A stretch of 64,000 nt of DNA. It comes from an uncultured Nitrospiraceae bacterium. GTDB taxonomy: Bacteria > Nitrospirota > Thermodesulfovibrionia > Thermodesulfovibrionales > SM23-35. The notes under the pieces are model-generated. The model was not told the origin of the DNA. It made no database searches and saw only the letters and a program-made list of their open reading frames with translations. A program made the position numbers and the translations under genes. Positions 20,657-30,580 of the stretch are shown here, piece after piece. The DNA is taken from NCBI GenBank assembly GCA_963718855.1, contig CAVRAA010000002.1, positions 50,225 to 114,224 on the forward strand, read 5' to 3'. The stretch's first letter is position 1; every line of letters starts with the position of its first letter.

Positions 20657-21373
20657 TTAAAACCTGACGGGTTCTTTCTTTGCGAGAGCAGAGTTCGTGA
20701 AAAGGACGGAGCCGTCTTCCAGGACGATTTTGTAAATCAGCTCGTTTTTCTTTCCCGGTTTCTCCGGATCACCGGATGATACAGGATATGTCAATGTGCC
20801 GTTATAGTGGGAGAGCACTTTTTTCACATACTGCTGTGTTTCAGTGATCGGGGGGACGTACCCGTATTTCGCAACCTTATTCGGCCCGGCATTATAGGCA
20901 GCGAGTGCGAGGGTCAGGTCGCCGTTGAAGCGGTCGATGAGATGTTTCAGGTATTTTGTTCCGCCTTCGATATTCTGCTCAGGGTCAAAGGGATTATGTA
21001 CATCCAGGTCATTTGCAGTGCCCGGCATAAGCTGCATCAGGCCCATGGCTCCTTTGCTCGATACAGCGCGGTCATTCCAGTTCGATTCGGTCTTTATAAC
21101 GGCCTTAATGAGAGAGGGATCGAGGTCATAGGTTGAGGCTTTCTCGTGGACGATATCGTGGTAATCAACATCCCTTCCCGAATCGGTTTTTGCGCGTTTT
21201 ATTCCGGCGGCCGACGAACGCGTATTCTCTTTTGAAATATTGTTCGCCTTTTTTCCCAGAGGGGTGTCAGTATAGCACTCTACCCCATCTGCATCGGTAT
21301 ATTTATAAATGTCTGCATGGGCAGGGAATGCAATAATCAGGGTAAATAGAAATAATATATAAATATATTGCAT
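20657..21373 (-). CDS. lytic transglycosylase (SLT) with N-terminal DUF4124-like segment
   Basis: IKTES, GAMGLMQLMP, ALAAYNAG, ETQQYV. Confidence 0.9.
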   Translation of the reverse strand: MQYIYILFLFTLIIAFPAHADIYKYTDADGVECYTDTPLGKKANNISKENTRSSAAGIKRAKTDSGRDVDYHDIVHEKASTYDLDPSLIKAVIKTESNWNDRAVSSKGAMGLMQLMPGTANDLDVHNPFDPEQNIEGGTKYLKHLIDRFNGDLTLALAAYNAGPNKVAKYGYVPPITETQQYVKKVLSHYNGTLTYPVSSGDPEKPGKKNELIYKIVLEDGSVLFTNSALAKKEPVRF

Positions 21374-21410
21374 AGTTAAATAATATCACTAACGGCGTAT
21401 CCTGTCAATA

Positions 21411-22724
21411 TTATTGCCGTGTTGTCGTATCAGCGCACTGCTCTGAAATCCCTTTGATGAGGCCCTCGGGAGTCGCTACGATTTTTTTCACGGGGATGCC
21501 GAGGGCTTCCTGCATATCGTCGAGCGTAACGTTATCCAGAAACCTGTCCTGATCATCGAGGACAACGTCGGGCACAAGGATCGTGTCATGGCCTTCAACG
21601 CAGTCCAGGGCTGTTTTCATCACGTCCCTTCCCGTAAGGAGTCCGGCGACCGTAACCTGAGATCCGAAAAAGGTATTTTCAACTGCCACTACATCCAAGG
21701 ATAGGTGCTCTTTTTCAGAGAGTTTTTCGATAAATTTTTTCAGGAAAGGATAAAAGGAGATCCCCGTAAAGGTGAGAAATTTTTTCCCGCACTGCAATGC
21801 CTGCGAAATCTTCAGCTTTTTCGCCTTGCTCAGGAAGAGAGGGACCATTCCGACGCCATTTTCGATCTGGTGCAGTTCTCCGTATTCGCTGAGAGAAGGG
21901 AAGGGCTGTTCAGCCTTCAGGTACAGTTCGTCCGCTCCGTAGACGATGGGATTGCCATGTTTTTTGGTGAACCGCTTCTGGAATGCTTCAATGATACTGA
22001 GCGCATTGATCGCATCCTCTTTTGTCACAGGACGAACGACCTGCTTCCTGTGTATCGTCAGCCCGACAGGGACGACTGCTATGGAAAGCACATAGGGATA
22101 GAGAGAATAAAGCGAGCTGAGAGTATTCTGCAGCTCTTTTCCGTCATTATGCCCGGGGCAGAGGACGATCTGAACGTTGGAGCGTATCTTGTTGTCCTTG
22201 AGAAACCTGAGTTCTTTCATGATATCGGTGGCCTTTGGATTTCCGAGGAGTCTGTTCCGTATCGCCCTGTCCGTCGAATGTACGGAAATGTAAAGTGGAC
22301 TAAGCCGCTGCCCGACAATCCGCTGTTTGTCTTCCTTGCTCAGATTCGAGAGGGTTATGTAGTTCCCGTAAAGGAATGACATACGGTAGTCCTCGTCTTT
22401 GACATAGAGCGTTTTCCTCAGGCCCTTCGGAAGCTGCTTGACGAAACAGAAGATGCAGTTGTTTTTGCATGTCATAACCCTGAACGGTTTAAAATCAATG
22501 CCCAGGTCGTTCGAGTCCCGGACCAGCGTGAGAACCATATTCTTTCCCTCCCGCTTCAGACGTATTTCGAGGGAGTCCTCCGGGCTGTAAAACATGAAGT
22601 CAATAGGATCACGCAACGGATGAGCATTCACGGACAGCAGTAGGTCACCAGGCAGCAGGCCTGCCTTGTTTGCCGAACTGCCTTTGGAAACGCTTTCTAT
22701 TGTTATGCCGCGTTCAGTCCGCAT
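21411..22724 (-). CDS. PDZ + DUF512 Fe-S oxidoreductase-like protein
   Basis: CKNNCIFCFVKQLP, KDEDYRMSFL.GNYITL, VVPVGLT, QIENGVG. Confidence 0.88.
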   Translation of the reverse strand: MRTERGITIESVSKGSSANKAGLLPGDLLLSVNAHPLRDPIDFMFYSPEDSLEIRLKREGKNMVLTLVRDSNDLGIDFKPFRVMTCKNNCIFCFVKQLPKGLRKTLYVKDEDYRMSFLYGNYITLSNLSKEDKQRIVGQRLSPLYISVHSTDRAIRNRLLGNPKATDIMKELRFLKDNKIRSNVQIVLCPGHNDGKELQNTLSSLYSLYPYVLSIAVVPVGLTIHRKQVVRPVTKEDAINALSIIEAFQKRFTKKHGNPIVYGADELYLKAEQPFPSLSEYGELHQIENGVGMVPLFLSKAKKLKISQALQCGKKFLTFTGISFYPFLKKFIEKLSEKEHLSLDVVAVENTFFGSQVTVAGLLTGRDVMKTALDCVEGHDTILVPDVVLDDQDRFLDNVTLDDMQEALGIPVKKIVATPEGLIKGISEQCADTTTRQ

Positions 22725-23253
22725 GCGTCAGCTTGATGCCCCGGTAAATGTAATGGAGACCGGAGACCGCCGTAATCCCTGCAGTTATGCCGAACAGGAT
22801 CCAGGGTACTTCCGGAGAGAAGGACAGATTGATATCCAGCAGGATATACGCGATGAGGAGGCTCTGCGCCCAGATGGTGGTCTTGCCGAGCATTGTCGGG
22901 TCGACCTGTGATTTCCCGGTGGTCAGATAGAGGAGAAACCATCCGATGATGATGATGATATCCCTGCTGAGGACCGTTATGGTGAGCCATTTGGGAATCC
23001 AGCCGTAGATCGAAAAAATAATGAATGACGAGACGAGCAGGAATTTATCCGCCAAAGGGTCAAGGAATGTTCCCAATGCGGTTTTTTGATTGGTCATGCG
23101 CGCAAAGAGGCCGTCAAAGAGGTCGGTAAGCGCTGCAACGACAAAAAGGACGAGCGAATAGTCGTATCTCTTATACACAATCGAAGTGATAAAAACGGGA
23201 ATGAGGACGATCCTCAGTATGGTTAATGTGTTGGGTATGTTCAATACCCCCAC
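22714..23253 (-). CDS. CDP-alcohol phosphatidyltransferase (PgsA-like)
   Basis: NIPNTLT, TDLFDGLFAR, GTFLDPLADK. Confidence 0.9.
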   Translation of the reverse strand: MGVLNIPNTLTILRIVLIPVFITSIVYKRYDYSLVLFVVAALTDLFDGLFARMTNQKTALGTFLDPLADKFLLVSSFIIFSIYGWIPKWLTITVLSRDIIIIIGWFLLYLTTGKSQVDPTMLGKTTIWAQSLLIAYILLDINLSFSPEVPWILFGITAGITAVSGLHYIYRGIKLTHAD

Positions 23254-23295
23254 GGCAGAGCCCCCCTAAAACACTACAGCAGCACGCTATGTCTG

Positions 23296-24375
23296 CTACG
23301 GAATATTTAACGGCAATTTTTCAAAATTCAGTCTTAATCCAAGACGCTTATGGCATGCGGTTTGTTTGCTCCCATGCACGAAAGAATAAAGCGTCTCGGC
23401 ATAACACTTCTCGACCGAAAACCTGTATGCTGCTGCTTCTCTCAGGGCATCTGCTGCATATCTCTTTGCAATCGCCTTTTTCCCGCTGAGAAAAGCGATT
23501 TCTCCGAAGCCGAGTCTGCAATAGATGACCCCCCTCGGGTCCTTTGTCTTTCGAAAGAGCTGCAGCGCTTTTTTCAGATACCCGGTCGCTTTTGCATAAT
23601 CGCCGGTCATCTTGTATGCTGTGCCGAGCCCCCATAAGGTATAGGCGTAGCTGACCCGGTCGCCCATCTTTTGATAAAGTCTCGTTGCCTTTGAAAAGTA
23701 TGCGAAGGCATTATGAAAATCAGTGCGCATCCTGTATGCGTTCCCTATACCACAATAGGAATAGGCCTTCCCGAAACGGTCTTTCACGGAAGCGAAAACC
23801 CTGTTTGCGGCCATATAATAGTCCAGGGAATCTTTCGAAGCCCCGGCAATACGGGAAGCGCCGCCGAGACCGCAGAGGCAGTAGCCGATTCCCCGGGTAT
23901 CGTTAAGAGATTTAAAGAGCGTATACGCCGAATAAAACGCGCTGATCGTAGCGGGAATGTCTCCTTTTATCCTTAACGCACCTGCCTCGGCCCATGTTGA
24001 AAAAGCGAGGCCCTCGGTGTCATTTTTCTTCTTATACGTACTTTTTGCCTTGCGGATGCACTGCAGGGCTTCCTTCCATTTGCCCTGCGCCCGCAGCGAA
24101 AGGCCCAATCCCACCTGTGCATCTGCGACCTGAGCAGGCGAGCCGATGTCGCGGGCATGCTCTATTGCGTTCAGATAGCTCTCCGCAGCAAAGGCAAAGT
24201 CGCCTACCATCCTGCAGATATCGCCCAGGGCGAGCATGCAGCGCAGGGTCCCTTCTTTGTCGCGAATTTTAGCATAACCGCGCAATGCCTTTGTGAAAAG
24301 CCTGAAAGATTCCCGGTAATGAGATTTCTCTCTCATTTTTTCCGCATCGCGGAGGGTACTATCTATATTCTGCAT
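23296..24375 (-). CDS. tetratricopeptide repeat protein
   Basis: ~40-aa helical repeats (LG....R..G....A...Y..A...F). Confidence 0.85.
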   Translation of the reverse strand: MQNIDSTLRDAEKMREKSHYRESFRLFTKALRGYAKIRDKEGTLRCMLALGDICRMVGDFAFAAESYLNAIEHARDIGSPAQVADAQVGLGLSLRAQGKWKEALQCIRKAKSTYKKKNDTEGLAFSTWAEAGALRIKGDIPATISAFYSAYTLFKSLNDTRGIGYCLCGLGGASRIAGASKDSLDYYMAANRVFASVKDRFGKAYSYCGIGNAYRMRTDFHNAFAYFSKATRLYQKMGDRVSYAYTLWGLGTAYKMTGDYAKATGYLKKALQLFRKTKDPRGVIYCRLGFGEIAFLSGKKAIAKRYAADALREAAAYRFSVEKCYAETLYSFVHGSKQTACHKRLGLRLNFEKLPLNIP

Positions 24376-25031
24376 TCTGCAACCTCTCTGAATTGCCTGA
24401 TGACTGTTTGATAATTGTCAGCATTGAAAAATGCCGAGCCCATGACGAGAATATCCGCACCCGCAGAGATTACGTCATGCGCGTTGTCTATTTTAACACC
24501 GCCGTCAACCTCTATCAGGGGTGATAGGTTTTTTTCCATGAGGTGGTTTTTTAACGCCCTGATTTTGTCGAGTGTCTGCGGAATGAATACCTGTCCGCCG
24601 AACCCTGGGTTTACGGACATGAGGAGAATAAGATCGGCATCCGGTGCAATATCCTCAAGGAGCGATACAGGTGTTGCGGGATTGAGCGAGACCCCGGCTT
24701 TTCTTCCGCTTTCCTTAATCGACTGTATTGTCCTATGAAGGTGTATGGACGCCTCATAGTGCACTGTCAGATAATCTGCGCCCGCGTTGATAAAATCCCT
24801 CAGGTAGCGGTCCGGTTCCTCGATCATAAGGTGGACGTCGAGCGGTAACGAAGTGATCGTCCGTATTGCCGCAACGATAGACGGCCCGATCGTGATGTTC
24901 GGGACAAAATGGCCGTCCATGATATCGAGGTGAAGGAGATCTGCCCCTGCTGCTTCCGCAGCCCTGATCTCTTCCCCGAGCCTCAGGAAATCAGCGGAAA
25001 GTATTGAAGGAGCTATTTTCGCTTTTTTCAT
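24363..25031 (-). CDS. rpe: ribulose-phosphate 3-epimerase
   Basis: IAPSILSADF, HLDIMDGHFVPN, DVHLM, MSVNPGFGGQ, EVDGG. Confidence 0.97.
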   Translation of the reverse strand: MKKAKIAPSILSADFLRLGEEIRAAEAAGADLLHLDIMDGHFVPNITIGPSIVAAIRTITSLPLDVHLMIEEPDRYLRDFINAGADYLTVHYEASIHLHRTIQSIKESGRKAGVSLNPATPVSLLEDIAPDADLILLMSVNPGFGGQVFIPQTLDKIRALKNHLMEKNLSPLIEVDGGVKIDNAHDVISAGADILVMGSAFFNADNYQTVIRQFREVAECRI

Positions 25032-25058
25032 TAGTTATGCCCTGTATCCCGATATGAG

Positions 25059-25134
25059 GAAAGGATGAATTATGAAGGATGAAGAAGGAATCTTTCCTTT
25101 ATCCTTCATAATTCATACCTCATCCTTCATCCTT
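25059..25134. repeat. inverted pair of short tandem (7-mer-like) repeat arrays
   Basis: ggatgaattatgaaggatgaa ... atccttcataattcatacctcatccttcatcc. Confidence 0.6.
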
Positions 25135-25161
25135 ATTTAGTATATATATCATAAAAGAAGT

Positions 25162-25854
25162 TCAGAAGAGCTTCAAGTAAATTGTGTCTCCGGTCTTTAT
25201 CTGTTTTCCCGGTTCGGGTCTCTGCGATTCCACACGCTCTCCGTCGCCTTCGGTGGTTACCTTCAAATTCAGCTTTGTGATCAACTCCTGGGCCTGCTGA
25301 ACAGACAGTCCTTTAAAGTCGGGACAGGTGTATAGTTTTTCGTACGGACCGAGACTGACGATCACCTGAATATGGTCACTCACCGGTTCATCGGGCCCTG
25401 GTTTCTGTGAGATGACCCTGTCTTTCTCAACAAGATCCGAATGCACCAGGATTACCCTGGAAATTTTCAGGCCTTTCTGGATCAGCAATGTCTCGGCATT
25501 GACAAGCGGTTCATTGACGAGCATCGGAACTGATGTTATCCGTGGGCCCTTACTGACGACGACCTTAATCCCCCTCCGTTCTCTCACTGTGTTGCCGCCG
25601 GGGACATCCTGCCGCAGTATGTTCCCCGGGGTGATGGCAGAATCGTAATCATCACCCTCGATCTTCAGATAAAGCCCTTTGTCCGCGAGGAGCTTGTTCG
25701 CCTCGATGGGAGTCTTTCCGGTTAGGTCGGGCACTTCCACTGTCCTGCTGAAACTCAGGACCTTGAACGTCATATACCCGAAGATCAATCCGATCAGGAC
25801 GAAGGAAAAAATATACAGGGGAAAACGTATAAAGCTGTTTAGTTCTTTTTGCAA
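25162..25854 (-). CDS. PASTA domain-containing membrane protein
   Basis: N-terminal TM then three VPDL.G...Q.P..G repeats. Confidence 0.88.
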   Translation of the reverse strand: MQKELNSFIRFPLYIFSFVLIGLIFGYMTFKVLSFSRTVEVPDLTGKTPIEANKLLADKGLYLKIEGDDYDSAITPGNILRQDVPGGNTVRERRGIKVVVSKGPRITSVPMLVNEPLVNAETLLIQKGLKISRVILVHSDLVEKDRVISQKPGPDEPVSDHIQVIVSLGPYEKLYTCPDFKGLSVQQAQELITKLNLKVTTEGDGERVESQRPEPGKQIKTGDTIYLKLF

Positions 25855-25928
25855 CTGTCTGCCCAGATGAATTGGTTATGTGTGAATGTGATATGCAGAG
25901 CCTCAGCAAGAATCTTCATTTACAGTAC

Positions 25929-26462
25929 CTATCCATGCGGATGTGTTCCAAGAAATGCGATCGCGTCCTTTACCCTCGTCAGATCAACCCTTGTATTCAC
26001 GCATGGCCCGAAGGGACGTTCGTTCGGAATTCCAAGGACCGGGAGCGGGTAGGTATCGGATATCCCGCTGCTGAGGTCGTTCTCACAGGCGACCGCAACG
26101 ACCGCCTCGGGCCTTGTCTCGCTGATGATCCTTCTTGCCAATGAGCCGCCGGTAGCGACAAAGAGGGTGATATGATATTCATCAGCGATCTGGATCATGT
26201 CTTTGATCTCGCATCTCCCGCACTGCTTGCAATTGTTAATATTATACGTCAGCCGTATATCGCATTCGTTCATCTGAAGGCAATGGGGGAGGAGAAGGAG
26301 TATTTTCTTCGGGTTCAGTTTTTCTTTTTTCACCAGTTTGTTGTTCAGGTCGATGATGAATTTCTGATAGGCCTCTTTTCTCTCCTTCGAAAAAGCGCCG
26401 ACGGCCATGAGCAATGGATAGAGCATTTTGAGGGTAACCCCTCTCATCCATTTACGGCTCAT
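25929..26462 (-). CDS. DUF116 protein
   Basis: LLLLPHCLQ, CKQCGRC, VATGG, AVACENDL, GPCVNT. Confidence 0.85.
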   Translation of the reverse strand: MSRKWMRGVTLKMLYPLLMAVGAFSKERKEAYQKFIIDLNNKLVKKEKLNPKKILLLLPHCLQMNECDIRLTYNINNCKQCGRCEIKDMIQIADEYHITLFVATGGSLARRIISETRPEAVVAVACENDLSSGISDTYPLPVLGIPNERPFGPCVNTRVDLTRVKDAIAFLGTHPHG

Positions 26463-27375
26463 CGAAAAACGCACCTGCCGCCAAACGCCTTCCTCCGAGG
26501 AAGTCCCTGACGGTCATTGCCCGTCTGCCTTCAGGCTGAAGCTCGATGATCGACAGCAACCCCGCTCCCGTTCCCACAATGAGTTCATCTCCTGCCTTCT
26601 CGATCCTGCCTGCGGGCCCTGACCCTTCGAGAACGCTGACTCTGGTAATTTTAATCCGTTCGCCGTTTAAATAACAATATGCACACGGCCATGGAAACAT
26701 GCCGCGCACCATGTTCCGTATATCTTCTGCAGCAGAGCTAAAGTTGATTCGCCCGTTTTCTTTCCTGAGTGGCGGTGCGTAACTGGGGGGCCCTGTCTGC
26801 GGGACCGGGAGTAATGCCCCGTTTTTCAGGTGTTCTAACGTTTTGATCAATAGCGAAGCACCGGTTTCCGAAAGCCGTTTCCCGAGCGTATCTGCAGTAT
26901 CATCAGGAGAGATATCAGTCTCCTCCTGGAGCAGGATGTCGCCGGTATCGAGTCCCTCATCCATGAGCATTGTTGTTACGCCGGTCCTTTTTTCTCCCTG
27001 TATGATCGCCCACTGTATCGGGGCAGCTCCCCGGTATTTCGGCAGCAGCGATGCATGGATATTAATACATCCGTGCACGGGAAGACTCAGAATTCGGGGA
27101 GGAAGGATCTTCCCGTATGCAACGACTACGATGAGGTCGGGCTTCAGCCCCTGCAACATATCGAGAAAGGAAAGGTCTTTCATGTTCGGCGGCTGGAAGA
27201 CCTGAATCTCCCTTTCGACAGCGACTTTTTTTACGGGCGGAGGTGATAAAAGACGGTCTCGCCCCTTCCTTTTATCCGGCTGCGTGACGACAGCGATCAC
27301 CTCTTCTCCTGCCTGAAGGAGGGCGTTCAGTGCCGGTATGGCGAATGATGGGGTGCCGAAAAAAATTATGCGCAT
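26452..27375 (-). CDS. fmt: methionyl-tRNA formyltransferase
   Basis: FFGTPSFA, VTQPD, INIHASLLPKYRGAAPI, LDTGD. Confidence 0.97.
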   Translation of the reverse strand: MRIIFFGTPSFAIPALNALLQAGEEVIAVVTQPDKRKGRDRLLSPPPVKKVAVEREIQVFQPPNMKDLSFLDMLQGLKPDLIVVVAYGKILPPRILSLPVHGCINIHASLLPKYRGAAPIQWAIIQGEKRTGVTTMLMDEGLDTGDILLQEETDISPDDTADTLGKRLSETGASLLIKTLEHLKNGALLPVPQTGPPSYAPPLRKENGRINFSSAAEDIRNMVRGMFPWPCAYCYLNGERIKITRVSVLEGSGPAGRIEKAGDELIVGTGAGLLSIIELQPEGRRAMTVRDFLGGRRLAAGAFFDEP

Positions 27376-27415
27376 GGGAAGTCAGTTGTCATTATGGTGC
27401 AGACGGTATGAAATA

Positions 27416-27943
27416 TTATTTTTCGATACCTTCTTTATTCATTTCCTGCAGAAATTTTTTGTACCGCCTCTTGAAAAATTCTCTTCTGATAGGGCTCATC
27501 CTGTCGATGAGGAGAAGTCCTTCAAGGTGGTCTATCTCATGCTGCAATGCCCTCGCAAGGAGCCCGCCTGCTTCTATCTCCATCTCTTTGCCTTCCCTGT
27601 TCACCCCCCGTATAAATACCTTCTCGGGTCTTTTTATCGTTGTCATGTACCCGGGAACGCTCAGGCATCCTTCCTCTGCTTCCATCATGCCGGTTTTCTC
27701 GACAATAACCGGGTTGATAAGGACTATCAGCGGCACTTCTTCTTCTTTCACACTGATATCAATAACGCACAATTGCTGTGAGATTCCGATCTGGTTCGCC
27801 GCAAGGCCCACCCCGTGGGCGCACTTCATCGTCTCGATCATATCATCGATAAGCTGCTGGGTCTGCCCGTCGATGTTTTCTATCGGAGCGGTTTTCTTCT
27901 TCAGGATTTTATCGGGGTATTTTTTTATTTCGAGCAAAGCCAT
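27416..27943 (-). CDS. def: peptide deformylase
   Basis: GVGLAANQIG, EGCLS, QHEIDHLEG. Confidence 0.97.
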   Translation of the reverse strand: MALLEIKKYPDKILKKKTAPIENIDGQTQQLIDDMIETMKCAHGVGLAANQIGISQQLCVIDISVKEEEVPLIVLINPVIVEKTGMMEAEEGCLSVPGYMTTIKRPEKVFIRGVNREGKEMEIEAGGLLARALQHEIDHLEGLLLIDRMSPIRREFFKRRYKKFLQEMNKEGIEK

Positions 27944-28054
27944 GTCGCTATTATACCATTTCAGTATTTCAGGATTGAAATATGAAAATGAAATTAGGTA
28001 TCATATCTCGTTTTTCTGTTTCACAAAATCTTAAACGAAGGGTGTTGGATCAAG

Positions 28055-29800
28055 CTGATCGATTTTACCGTAAAAGAGGAAAGGGAGCGTTACCGCCACA
28101 GCACATCCCACATCATGGCCCATGCGGTAAAGGAACTTTTTCCCGAAGCGAAACTCGCGATAGGTCCTGCAATAGACGACGGTTTCTACTATGATTTCGA
28201 CCTCGACAGGACACTTGCGCCTGAAGACCTCATAGTCATCGAAAAAAAGATGTTGGAAATCATAAAACAGAACCAGCCTTTTGTCCGGAGGGTTGTTCCG
28301 AAAAAAGAAGCAGTCGACCTCTTCAGAGACAAAGGCGAGGGATATAAAGTCGAGCTGCTTGAAGACATCGCCGACGAAGAAGTATCACTGTATGAAGAAG
28401 GTGGGTTCATCGACCTCTGCAGGGGGCCGCACCTTGATTCAGCCGGACAGGTAGCTGCCTTTAAACTTCTGAGTGTTGCAGGTGCGTATTGGCGCGGGAA
28501 CGAGAAGAACAAGATGCTCCAGAGGATTTACGGAACTTCCTTTACAAAGAAAGAAGACCTGAAGCAGCACCTCGATTTTCTCGAGGAGATCAAAAAAAGG
28601 GACCACAGGAAACTCGGGAAGGAACTGGACCTTTTCAGCACGAGCGATGAAATCGGCGCAGGTCTCATTCTATGGCATCCCAACGGCGCGTTAATACGAA
28701 GGACGATAGAGGATTTCTGGCTGAACGAGCATTACAAGGCAGACTATAAGATCCTCTGCACGCCGCACATCGCAAAGCTCAATTTATGGCAGAAGAGCGG
28801 GCATCTCGATTTTTACCGGGAGAACATGTATTCTCCCATGGAGATTGAGGGCGTTGATTATGAACTCAAACCCATGAACTGTCCGTTCCACATCCACGTC
28901 TATAAAACATCATTGAGGAGCTACAAGGACCTTCCTGTACGATATGCCGAATTAGGTACCGTCTACCGGTATGAACGTTCGGGAGTTCTCCACGGCCTGT
29001 TGCGCGTGAGAGGATTTACCCAGGACGACGCGCATATCTTCTGCAGGGAAGACCAGATCGAAAATGAGATTCTGAAGGTGCTCGATTTCACTCTCTTTAT
29101 TCTCAAGACCTTCGGTTTCTCACACTATGATATCTATCTTTCGACACAACCCGAGAAATTCGTAGGGACACCCGGGAATTGGGATCGGGCGACGAACGCC
29201 CTCAAGCAGGCACTCGAGGCAAAAGGGCTTGCCTATGCAATAGACCCGGGCGAGGGGGTGTTCTACGGTCCGAAGATCGACATCAAGGTGAAGGATTCTC
29301 TGAACAGACCGTGGCAGTGCAGCACCATACAGGTGGATTTCAATAACCCGGAACGGTTCGACATGTCCTACCGCGGAAGCGACGGGAAAGAGCATCGGCC
29401 GATCATGATCCACAGGGCGCTCATGGGTTCGCTGGAACGCTTCTTCGGCATACTCATCGAACACTATGCGGGTGCATTTCCGGTATGGCTTGCACCTGTT
29501 CAGGTTGAGGTGCTTACGATTGCTGAACGGCATGCGGAATACGCGAAGGCGCTTTCGGACAGACTGAGATCAGAGGGGATAAAGACCGAACTGAATGCCG
29601 AAAACGAAAAAATCGGCTACAAGATCAGGAATTCCACTATGAGGAAAGTGCCGTATTTGATTGTAGTAGGCGATAAAGAAATAGCGGAGAATTCGATTAT
29701 GGTGCGGAAACGTTCCGGTGAAAACATCGGGCCTTATACCGCAGAGGAATTCATCGGGATGCTGAAAGAGAAGATTACGAGTAAGAGTCAGGAGTTTTGA
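28055..29800 (+). CDS. thrS: threonine--tRNA ligase (start uncertain, no TGS domain)
   Basis: RHSTSHIMAHA lies in frame upstream of ATG 28115; DLCRGPH, RDHRKLG, KPMNCP, RVRGFTQDDAH, GSLERF. Confidence 0.93.
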   Translation: MIDFTVKEERERYRHSTSHIMAHAVKELFPEAKLAIGPAIDDGFYYDFDLDRTLAPEDLIVIEKKMLEIIKQNQPFVRRVVPKKEAVDLFRDKGEGYKVELLEDIADEEVSLYEEGGFIDLCRGPHLDSAGQVAAFKLLSVAGAYWRGNEKNKMLQRIYGTSFTKKEDLKQHLDFLEEIKKRDHRKLGKELDLFSTSDEIGAGLILWHPNGALIRRTIEDFWLNEHYKADYKILCTPHIAKLNLWQKSGHLDFYRENMYSPMEIEGVDYELKPMNCPFHIHVYKTSLRSYKDLPVRYAELGTVYRYERSGVLHGLLRVRGFTQDDAHIFCREDQIENEILKVLDFTLFILKTFGFSHYDIYLSTQPEKFVGTPGNWDRATNALKQALEAKGLAYAIDPGEGVFYGPKIDIKVKDSLNRPWQCSTIQVDFNNPERFDMSYRGSDGKEHRPIMIHRALMGSLERFFGILIEHYAGAFPVWLAPVQVEVLTIAERHAEYAKALSDRLRSEGIKTELNAENEKIGYKIRNSTMRKVPYLIVVGDKEIAENSIMVRKRSGENIGPYTAEEFIGMLKEKITSKSQEF

Positions 29801-29906
29801 CCCTCTTCCGGGTTTCTCCCTTTTTACACATTTTTGGCTGAAATCTGTTATACTATTTTTTCATTTTTCAACGATGAACGAATAATTTTTAATAGAGGAG
29901 GACACG

Positions 29907-30104
29907 ATGCCGAAAATTAAGACCCATAGAGGCGCTGCTAAAAGACTGAAAATGACCGGAACCGGGAAAATAAAACGGTACAGCGGTTACAAAAGCCATC
30001 TCCTCACAGGAAAGCCGGCGAAAAGGGCTCGGAGGCTCAGAACAGCTTCTTTAGTTTCCAAGTCTGATTATGGTAGAATGAAACGTCTTCTGCCATATTT
30101 ATAA
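29907..30104 (+). CDS. rpmI: 50S ribosomal protein L35
   Basis: [13 protein letters not shown]...HLLT. Confidence 0.97.
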   Translation: MPKIKTHRGAAKRLKMTGTGKIKRYSGYKSHLLTGKPAKRARRLRTASLVSKSDYGRMKRLLPYL

Positions 30105-30106
30105 GA

Positions 30107-30205
30107 AAAGTTTAGAGTTAAAAGTTAAGAGTTAAGAGTTATAAAAAATATAATCCGCAACTTTTAACTTTACACTTTTCACTTTTAACTGATTTTACTT
30201 TAACT
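30107..30205. repeat. inverted arrays of AAAGTTA-like heptamers between rpmI and rplT
   Basis: agagttaaaagttaagagttaagagtta ... aacttttaactttacacttttcacttttaact. Confidence 0.7.
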
Positions 30206-30224
30206 GTTTTTTTAGGAGGTTTAG

Positions 30225-30572
30225 ATGCCAAGAGCAAAAGGTGGATTCAAAACAAGAAAAAGAAGGCGTAAGCTGTTAGATAAGGCAAAGGGCTATTACG
30301 GCGCGAAAAGCCGTCTCTACCGTGTTGCGACAGAAGCAGTCGACAAAGCCATGCAGTACGCCTATCGGGACCGCAAGAACAAAAAGCGTGAGTTCCGTGC
30401 ACTCTGGATTACGAGAATCAATGCCGGGGTACGCGCTCTGGGGATGAGTTACAGTGTGTTTATGGCACGGTTGAAGAAGGCGGACATCGTCCTGAACCGG
30501 AAGGCGCTTGCCGACCTGGCATATAGTGATCCGTCTGCGTTCAGTCAGCTTGTCGAGAAAGTCAAAAATTGA
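30225..30572 (+). CDS. rplT: 50S ribosomal protein L20
   Basis: [30 protein letters not shown]. Confidence 0.97.
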   Translation: MPRAKGGFKTRKRRRKLLDKAKGYYGAKSRLYRVATEAVDKAMQYAYRDRKNKKREFRALWITRINAGVRALGMSYSVFMARLKKADIVLNRKALADLAYSDPSAFSQLVEKVKN

Positions 30573-30580
30573 AGTGAGCA

